IMG/VR virus record: IMGVR_UViG_3300028797_000103 | Coordinates: 87,685 to 151,684 of that record | Origin: a virus | Taxonomy: Duplodnaviria; Heunggongvirae; Uroviricota; Caudoviricetes | DNA length: 64,000 nucleotides | Direction: 5' to 3' (one strand) | Shown here: positions 57,866 to 64,000 of the stretch, one piece after another | Layout of the letters: the number at the start of each line of letters is the position of its first letter | How positions within the stretch are numbered: the stretch's first letter is position 1 | Position numbers and translations under genes: made by a program | Notes under the pieces: model-generated | Databases searched by the model: none | What the model was told of the DNA's origin: nothing | What the model saw: the letters and a program-made list of their open reading frames with translations, nothing else

Positions 57866-58477
57866 ATGATAACTAAATTTACAGGCGACGGTCTTTTCTT
57901 TACGTCTGATACACACTTCAACCACAAGAAGATTCTTGATTTCACAAAGCGTCCGTATTCCAGCATAGAGGAACACGATGAGGCTCTTATTGAGAACTGG
58001 AATTCTGTTGTCGGATTAAACGACACCGTGTTCCATCTCGGAGATTTCTGCTTCGGTAATCCTTCAAAGGTTGAGGAAATCGCAAAGCGGTTGAATGGAC
58101 ACATAATTCTTATTCGTGGGAACCACGATGACAAAAACCTTCAGAAAAGTTTGTGGGGGCTGTTTGAAGACGTGCTGTATCAGGCTAGGATAAGCGTTGA
58201 TGGACGAAGCGTCTATTTGAATCATTTTCCGTTTCTCTGTTTTGCTCACGGAGATCCGAAGATTTATAGGGATGCGTACCATTACAATCTTTTTGGACAC
58301 GTTCACTCCGGAACACAATCTACGTCGTCCGATGTAAGCAGACTGCGTTATCTTTATCCTACACAGTATGATGTCGGTGTTGACAACAACAACATGACTC
58401 CTGTATCTTGGGAGTGGATTGACAATCATCTTCAGGAAAAGATTAAAAAGTATCTGGAGGAAAACGAGAATAACTAA
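57866..58477 (+). CDS. calcineurin-like metallophosphoesterase (third copy in window)
   Basis: SDTHFNH, HLGDF, IRGNHDD, AHGD and GHVHSG. Confidence 0.6.
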   Translation: MITKFTGDGLFFTSDTHFNHKKILDFTKRPYSSIEEHDEALIENWNSVVGLNDTVFHLGDFCFGNPSKVEEIAKRLNGHIILIRGNHDDKNLQKSLWGLFEDVLYQARISVDGRSVYLNHFPFLCFAHGDPKIYRDAYHYNLFGHVHSGTQSTSSDVSRLRYLYPTQYDVGVDNNNMTPVSWEWIDNHLQEKIKKYLEENENN

Positions 58478-58548
58478 AGAAAACTCTTTCTTAGTTATGT
58501 ATGATTCTGGTTGGTTAAATTATATAGAAAGTAGAAATACAAGAACAT

Positions 58549-58776
58549 ATGAAGACAATATTGATAGTAGTAATAGTGATAGTTCTGCTGATTGCAGCGT
58601 GTTATGCGACGTACAAGACGACGGAGATTCACGAACTCCACAAGATGAGAGCCGCGTTTGAACACTATCTCGACGCTCATCCGTTGATGAATGAAGGATT
58701 TAAAAACGGAATTGAGAAGGCTGAGAGTATGGTAGACGCGGAGGAAGAGAAGGTCAAACACGAAATATTCAGTTAA
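58549..58776 (+). CDS. small protein
   Basis: 75 aa with an N-terminal hydrophobic helix. Confidence 0.3.
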   Translation: MKTILIVVIVIVLLIAACYATYKTTEIHELHKMRAAFEHYLDAHPLMNEGFKNGIEKAESMVDAEEEKVKHEIFS

Positions 58777-58800
58777 AGAGTCTTAACGACTCTTTTTCTT
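58776..58800 (+). terminator. rho-independent terminator
   Basis: aagagtc-ttaac-gactctt followed by TTTTT. Confidence 0.6.
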
Positions 58801-58815
58801 TTCTAATTTTATCAG

Positions 58816-58828
58816 TATATTTGCAAAA
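58816..58828 (+). promoter_or_regulatory. conserved promoter box gTATATTTGcaaa
   Basis: Located upstream of the polB fragment. Confidence 0.5.
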
Positions 58829-60353
58829 AAATTACAAGTCTTACATGATAATCAATACAGAAATAAAGGATCTGACAAAAAACGGAATGCCGGTGCTGGA
58901 CAGTTATGGTCGTTGCAAACGGTTTCTTTTAATTTCATATGTTGATAAAAACGGAACCATTAAAAAATTCGTCTGGGTGATACCTGAGGAATTTATGTAT
59001 CAGTGGAAATATGCAACAAGAAACGACGTTCCGGATCCTGTATACAAGTCTTGGGATTTTAAAAACGTTGTTAAGGAACCAATAGTTGGAAACTTTTCAG
59101 AGCAGCGTGTACATGAAATGATGCTTGATTTGGTTGCATCAAATCCAGATAATCCTGAACTGAAAGAAATGTTCGAGCTGAACATACCAGAAACGACATA
59201 TGCTGATATTGAGGTAGATGTTGGAGAAGACGGGTTCCCGCTAGCGGAAGAAGCAGCTAACACTGTAAACACTTGTTCATTCGTAAGGGGAAACGATGCT
59301 TGGTGCGTTGGTCTTGCGCAGTTGACAAACGATGACATCGAGTGGATTCAGAAAGAAATTGACAAGCACGTTTCCAAACTTGGAGTAAAATATAATTTCC
59401 ATTATAGATATCATGAAAATGAGCTCAGTCTGTTGAATGATATTTTCCAGAATTTCATAGGTACATCAGAGTGTGTTACTGGGTGGAACTGGTTTGGATA
59501 TGACTGGATATATTTGACAAACAGATCAAATCTTTATGGAATGGATATAAGTTATCTATCGCCAACAAAGTCATTTACAACTTACAGACCGATGGATGCA
59601 AAAGGAAAAGATGATAACATCAGGGTTCCTATGCACAGGGGGATGTACGATTATCTAGAAATTTACAGGAAGTGGGACAAGAGAATAACTCCAAAGATTA
59701 GCAACAAGCTTGACTGGGTAGCAGAGACTGTGCTTGGAATCAAGAAGGTAGCCCATCAGCTCGGATTCCGTGACATGTGGAGACAGCAGAAAAAGGAATA
59801 TGTTTTCTATAATGTAATCGATAGCATTCTTGTGCGGGAGATTGATAAGAAACTGAAGACATCATCAACATTTTTCGGTCTCGCAAACATCATGCACACT
59901 CCGGCTTTGACCGCATTCAGTTCTACGAAGAGTATCGAAATTGTTCAGTCTGAATATCTTTACAGAGAAAAAAGAATATTCCCGAAGGCGAAACAGAACA
60001 ATAACGTTCAGGAGTATGAGGGCGCATTTGTGTATGAACCCATTCCGGGTGTTTATATTCAGGTTTGGACTGTTGACTACGCGTCTCTTTATCCTACAAC
60101 TATGAGGCAATTTAATATGTCTCCTGACACATTTATAAAGAAAGACAAGAATCATAGGAGACAGCCAGATGAGATAGTTTGTGTCAACGGTTCTGTTTAT
60201 ACTAAAAAATTCCGTGGATTCATTCCAAAAATATTGGATGACTTCTACGCTAAGAGAAAGTCGTATAAAAAGAAGATGATTGAGGCTGAAGAAACCAAGT
60301 ACGAATTGCAGGAAATATTAAAAAGCAGAAAAGAAAAAGCAACAGTCGCATAA
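58821..60353 (+). CDS. family-B DNA polymerase, N-terminal fragment (3'-5' exonuclease region through polymerase motif A); gene is split/truncated
   Basis: Exo-I-like YADIEVD and motif A VDYASLYPTTM. The ORF stops ~100 aa after motif A, and motifs B and C are absent. The listed start 58821 probably over-extends, since the promoter box lies at 58816-58828. Confidence 0.55.
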   Translation: MQKNYKSYMIINTEIKDLTKNGMPVLDSYGRCKRFLLISYVDKNGTIKKFVWVIPEEFMYQWKYATRNDVPDPVYKSWDFKNVVKEPIVGNFSEQRVHEMMLDLVASNPDNPELKEMFELNIPETTYADIEVDVGEDGFPLAEEAANTVNTCSFVRGNDAWCVGLAQLTNDDIEWIQKEIDKHVSKLGVKYNFHYRYHENELSLLNDIFQNFIGTSECVTGWNWFGYDWIYLTNRSNLYGMDISYLSPTKSFTTYRPMDAKGKDDNIRVPMHRGMYDYLEIYRKWDKRITPKISNKLDWVAETVLGIKKVAHQLGFRDMWRQQKKEYVFYNVIDSILVREIDKKLKTSSTFFGLANIMHTPALTAFSSTKSIEIVQSEYLYREKRIFPKAKQNNNVQEYEGAFVYEPIPGVYIQVWTVDYASLYPTTMRQFNMSPDTFIKKDKNHRRQPDEIVCVNGSVYTKKFRGFIPKILDDFYAKRKSYKKKMIEAEETKYELQEILKSRKEKATVA

Positions 60354-60563
60354 ATAGTTAAAACAAAAACTATTTAAAATGGCGATCAAGCAGCAGGCAG
60401 TTCGTGCATTCATTGCAACTCCAAGAAAAAAGAGACCCGGTGTTATATCAAAGAAGCGCACATCAAAGATAAAAACATCGAAACACTACGTCAAGGCGTA
60501 TAGGGGTCAGGGAAGATAATTAAAAATTTTTCCGGTTTTATTTGGATTTTAAAAAAAATCGTC

Positions 60564-60576
60564 GTATATTTGCGAC
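60564..60576 (+). promoter_or_regulatory. promoter box gTATATTTGcgac
   Basis: Located 8 nt upstream of tRNA-His. Confidence 0.5.
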
Positions 60577-60583
60577 GTAATAT

Positions 60584-60657
60584 GGAGGGTGTAGCTCAGT
60601 TGGAAGAGCGCTAGATTGTGGCTCTAGAGGTCACGGGTTCGAACCCCGTCTCTCTCC
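60584..60657 (+). tRNA. tRNA-His(GTG) with encoded G-1
   Basis: G-1 GAGGGTG TA GCTC AGTTGGAA GAGC G CTAGA-TTGTGGC-TCTAG AGGTC ACGGG-TTCGAAC-CCCGT CTCTCTC C. G-1 pairs with C73. Confidence 0.7.
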
Positions 60658-60688
60658 CTTAGATAAAATATAGTTCATTGAAAAGTTT

Positions 60689-61398
60689 GCGCTCGTGGCG
60701 GAATGGTAGACGCAAGGGACTTAAATAAATTGAGTGCATACCGCAGGACGCTTAATGCGTGATAGATAAGATAAACAACCCAATTGGGAAGTAGCCTGTG
60801 GACGCTGGGAAACCAGTTATGTAGAACCTCCCTAAGTCGGCGAAACCTTAGCTAGTTAATGTTCAAAGAAGCGTTGAAGTAGTTGTGAAACATTGGAAGT
60901 ATAGTACCAATGGGCTGAATTCTACGGAGTGGAGAAGATTAACTTTGGTGGCAACGCCGAGCAATGTGATGGTGGTTGTAGACGGGAGCTTGTCAAAAAG
61001 GCAGGCGTAATGGTGAATTAACACTCGGAAAGAGCCGTGACCATTTAAGCAGTGTGTAGAGATCATCGAAACATTATGGAGTAGAGTAAGCCAGATATGA
61101 GTAAGTGCAGAGCTTAACGTCTGGTTGAAACAGGAGGAACCTAAGTTGAAATTATTGTATGAATGTTCCCAGTGAACCCGGAACCGAATAAACAGGCTGT
61201 GCAACTCAGCAAACCTCTTCATACAGTACCTTGCAAGATTTCAATATGGTTAAGACATGATCCAGACCACGAACAGACGTGCAGCCATAATAGTCGGGGC
61301 AGTTAAACCGAATTAGCGTGTCTGGCAGCGAAAGTTGTAGTGGTACGAAAATCCCTCGACCCGAAAGGGTCGTGTGGGTTCGACTCCCACCGGGCGCA
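60689..61398 (+). tRNA. tRNA-Leu(TAA) interrupted in the anticodon loop by a ~625-nt group-I-type intron (exons 60689-60722 and 61348-61398)
   Basis: 5' exon GCGCTCG TG GCGGAATGGTAGACGC A AGGGA CTT. 3' exon AAAA TCCCT CGACCC-GAAA-GGGTCG T GTGGG-TTCGACT-CCCAC CGGGCGC A. The intron begins AAATAAATTGAG, like the cyanobacterial tRNA-Leu intron, and ends in G. Confidence 0.7.
60723..61347 (+). other. putative group I self-splicing intron inserted between U34 and A35 of tRNA-Leu(UAA)
   Basis: The insert sits at the canonical tRNA-Leu(UAA) position with a U before the 5' splice site and a terminal G. No convincing internal ORF is present on the sense strand. Confidence 0.55.
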
Positions 61399-61402
61399 CA
61401 AT

Positions 61403-61486
61403 GCAGATGTGGCGGAATGGTAGACGCAGCAGACTCAAAATCTGCCGGGCGATGAGCCCGTGGGGGTTCGACTCCCCCCATCTGCA
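61403..61486 (+). tRNA. tRNA-Leu(CAA)
   Basis: GCAGATG TG GCGGAATGGTAGACGC A GCAGA-CTCAAAA-TCTGC with a long variable arm, then GGGGG-TTCGACT-CCCCC CATCTGC A. Confidence 0.75.
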
Positions 61487-61490
61487 CATT

Positions 61491-61922
61491 ATGAAAACTA
61501 TTAGATTTTCTTCGTATGAATCATTTAAAAAATGGTTTTATAGAAATAAAAGAGAATGCGATTTTCCTCTTATAGAGAGGAACAATTGGTGGTTGAGGCG
61601 TCAAGAAAATCTCGACATGTTTAGATATGTCACACCAAACGGAAAATGTTTAGGGATAGCAGCAGTAACTCCGTATGAATCTGATTGGAAAGATGACAAA
61701 CGAAAATACATAAGTCTGTTTGAAATTCATAGAAAATTTCATAGAAAGGGATATGGGTATTGGATGTTTCGTTCAATAGAGAATTATTATAAAAGCCGAG
61801 GCTCTACCCATTTTGCGTTGATGAGCGTAGATGATGAAAGCGATCGCTTCTGGAGAAAGTTAGGTTTCCGCCGTGGAAATCTAAGTGTAGAAGAAAATGA
61901 TTTGCAATATAGAATAAAATAA
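61491..61922 (+). CDS. GNAT family N-acetyltransferase
   Basis: RKGYGYWMFRSIENYY...FALMSVDDESDRFWRKLGF. Track ORF 61374 was trimmed to the ATG after tRNA-Leu(CAA). Confidence 0.5.
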   Translation: MKTIRFSSYESFKKWFYRNKRECDFPLIERNNWWLRRQENLDMFRYVTPNGKCLGIAAVTPYESDWKDDKRKYISLFEIHRKFHRKGYGYWMFRSIENYYKSRGSTHFALMSVDDESDRFWRKLGFRRGNLSVEENDLQYRIK

Positions 61923-61951
61923 GGAGAGTGAATTAACACTCTCCTTTTTTG
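61923..61951 (+). terminator. rho-independent terminator
   Basis: ggagagtg-aattaa-cactctcc followed by TTTTTT. Confidence 0.7.
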
Positions 61952-61968
61952 TTTTTAATATAAATTCA

Positions 61969-61980
61969 GTATATTTGCAA
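61969..61980 (+). promoter_or_regulatory. conserved promoter box gTATATTTGcaa
   Basis: Located upstream of the methyltransferase. Confidence 0.5.
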
Positions 61981-61996
61981 AAATAGTTTTAATTGT

Positions 61997-62935
61997 ATGC
62001 CGAGATTAGGAAATAACTTTTTAATAAATGCGAGACGAGAACGAAATGATGAATTCTATACTCAGTATTGTGATATTGAATCTGAGATGAAAAAATTTGA
62101 AAAATTTTTATCCGGAAAAATTATATATTGTCCAACAGATCATCACACGAAATCGAATTTTCCTGTCTTCTTTAGAAATAACTTCGAACGATTAGGCATT
62201 CGAGGGTTATATACTAGTGATATAGATGACGGGGCATATTATTATGACGGAAAAAATGAAACAAGAATAGGAGGACCGGTTGATATTAGAGGGGACAGGT
62301 TCATAGAATATATGTGTCTTTCTGATGTTATAATAACAAACCCGCCGTTTAGCTTATTTGTTAAGTTTCTAGACAATATCATCAACTATGAAAAGGATTT
62401 CATAATAATAGGTCAACAAAATACAATATCAACAAAATCTGTATTCTCATATATAATGGAAAATAAAGTTTATGTTGATTATGGATTTAAAGGAATAGCC
62501 GGTTGGTTTGATGTTCCAGATGATTATGTTGATTCTGCTTCTGCTGGCGAACACATAAAAGGAAAAATAAGGGTGTCTGGCGTTGTTTGGTATACATCAT
62601 ATAACGTTACGGAAGACAACGATTCAATAGAATTAACAAAATCTCATTTGAAAGAAAACGGCGAGCATGATTATGAAAAGTATCCAGTGTTTGATAATTT
62701 TAGGAAAATATCTGGGTTGTCTGAGGATGCAATATGTGTAGATAAAGTAAAAGACATACCTTATGATTGGAACGGGTATATGGGAGTTCCTATTTCTTTT
62801 TTCGGAAAATATAATCCAAATCAATTTGAGTTAATACAGTTAGATCATTACGGACCGCTTGGAAATCAAGATAATTGCATAAATGGGAAACAAAAATATA
62901 GAAGGATTTATATAAAATTAAAAAAACAATGTTAA
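61997..62935 (+). CDS. N6-adenine (or N4-cytosine) DNA methyltransferase
   Basis: Motif IV VIITNPPFS, plus a SAM-binding-like N-terminal region. Confidence 0.55.
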   Translation: MPRLGNNFLINARRERNDEFYTQYCDIESEMKKFEKFLSGKIIYCPTDHHTKSNFPVFFRNNFERLGIRGLYTSDIDDGAYYYDGKNETRIGGPVDIRGDRFIEYMCLSDVIITNPPFSLFVKFLDNIINYEKDFIIIGQQNTISTKSVFSYIMENKVYVDYGFKGIAGWFDVPDDYVDSASAGEHIKGKIRVSGVVWYTSYNVTEDNDSIELTKSHLKENGEHDYEKYPVFDNFRKISGLSEDAICVDKVKDIPYDWNGYMGVPISFFGKYNPNQFELIQLDHYGPLGNQDNCINGKQKYRRIYIKLKKQC

Positions 62936-63609
62936 CTGATATAGAAGTTCGTAACATCGAAAGAGATTTAATTGAAACAATAAATCTCGTTGGAGGAATA
63001 CCAAAGTGGGGAAGCGTTCAATGTGATAAGAACGACGATATAATAAAAAACATATTTAGCATAAAAACATATAAAGAACTTTGTGAAACATTTGATAATT
63101 TACACATAGATGATATTTATAAACGAAACTATTTGACAAGAAAATGGTTTAAAATTATAATATCAAAAGTAGATGAAGAACTTTTATTTGACAACGGTTC
63201 TAAAAACGCTATATGGAATTTATCGGCATATGACAAATCGTTCGACGGAACGCTGTGTGGGGTAAACGTCGATTTAAAATCAACTATAATCCCAGAGAGT
63301 CTTTTTAGATCAGAATGGTGGAACCCAAACACTATAATAAATTGGTTTTATTCAAATCAATCTAAAGAAAGAAGGTTTGGAACAAATAACAGAGTATTTA
63401 TAGTTTGTGGTTCAGAAAACGGAGAAAAATCTACAGATATACTACAAAGTTCATTTACTATTAAACAAAGTATTCTGAAAGATTTCTCAGAAAATATAGG
63501 GATAACGATACCATGGGTTCATATAAACTTTAACGGAAATAATATTTTATCTCAAGTTATATATTTTTGGGAAACTAAATCAAACGGAGTTCAATATAAA
63601 TTTGGATAA
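62929..63609 (+). CDS. hypothetical protein adjacent to MTase
   Basis: 226 aa, overlapping the MTase stop by 7 nt. Confidence 0.4.
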   Translation: MLTDIEVRNIERDLIETINLVGGIPKWGSVQCDKNDDIIKNIFSIKTYKELCETFDNLHIDDIYKRNYLTRKWFKIIISKVDEELLFDNGSKNAIWNLSAYDKSFDGTLCGVNVDLKSTIIPESLFRSEWWNPNTIINWFYSNQSKERRFGTNNRVFIVCGSENGEKSTDILQSSFTIKQSILKDFSENIGITIPWVHINFNGNNILSQVIYFWETKSNGVQYKFG

Positions 63610-63612
63610 CAA

Positions 63613-64000
63613 ATGAAATACAAATTTGCGTTTAAGAAATTTACAGGAGAGAAAATCGAAGATGTTGTTGAATATGCAAAGGATTGGATAAACTCTCATG
63701 AAAATATAGAGATCTTAATAGGAACAGATTCTCAAAGCCGTGGTGAACGGACATATTTTTCAACCGTTATTGCATTTTACAATAAAGGAAGTGACGGTCA
63801 TGGACACGGTGGTCATTGCATATACAGAAGATGGTTTACGAAAAGATATAACGTTGACCAGAAAATAGAACGACTATTTAAAGAAGTAGTAGAATCTGTA
63901 GAACTTGCTCTGTATTTTAAAGAAAACGGAATAGACGTTGATTTCATTGACTTGGATGTGAATCCAAAGGCTGGCGAAAAACAGCGTAATAAATCGAACG
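63613..64000 (+). CDS. hypothetical protein (3' end outside window)
   Basis: The frame starting at ATG 63613 stays open to the window end. Confidence 0.35.
   Translation, partial: MKYKFAFKKFTGEKIEDVVEYAKDWINSHENIEILIGTDSQSRGERTYFSTVIAFYNKGSDGHGHGGHCIYRRWFTKRYNVDQKIERLFKEVVESVELALYFKENGIDVDFIDLDVNPKAGEKQRNKSN

Noticed and set aside
60863-61487. Minus-strand ORFs of 119 and 93 aa inside the intron and tRNA region.
   Set aside because: They are antisense to tRNA-Leu(TAA), its intron and tRNA-Leu(CAA). They have no homing-endonuclease motifs, so they are likely spurious.
34600-64000. Genome-wide TAG-to-amino-acid recoding, suggested by the CTA tRNA.
   Set aside because: At least two well-supported genes end in TAG (the gene at 20341-21093 and the gene at 27931-28515), and the long ORFs are uninterrupted. 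Full reassignment is unlikely. Readthrough of a subset of genes remains possible.

Overview
The window reads as a crAss-like (Bacteroidales-infecting) phage segment. Its left part (1–34 kb) carries metabolic and replication-auxiliary genes and virion genes, with 5–22 kb transcribed mainly from the minus strand. These include three paralogous fibre-like proteins with xHAEG repeats and a 2514-aa giant protein with LRR, BspA-like and LamG-like regions. This part also encodes Dam and class-I SAM methyltransferases, DnaJ, an AAA+ ATPase, an RNA-ligase-like nucleotidyltransferase, a radical-SAM protein, a GNAT-dUTPase fusion and ClpP. The middle (34.6–48.7 kb) is a very large tRNA gene array of more than 30 tRNAs on the plus strand, with further tRNAs at 51.6, 56.7, 57.1 and 60.6–61.5 kb. 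The array is interspersed with degenerate or atypical tRNA-like elements and two small protein genes: a PTH2-like gene and a tandem glycosyltransferase-like gene. Notable tRNAs are a putative amber suppressor (CTA), long-variable-arm tRNAs carrying Trp (CCA) and Cys (GCA) anticodons, and a tRNA-Leu(TAA) split by a ~625-nt group-I-type intron. A highly conserved Bacteroides-type promoter box (gTAtaTTTGcaa) precedes many genes and tRNAs. A ~0.9-kb promoter-to-terminator non-coding transcript (49.35–50.25 kb) shows local similarity to RNase P RNA motifs. The right end holds a family-B DNA polymerase fragment that stops just after motif A, followed by tRNAs, a GNAT gene and an N6-adenine methyltransferase. 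All protein functions are inferred by eye from motifs, and tRNAs were folded by hand.
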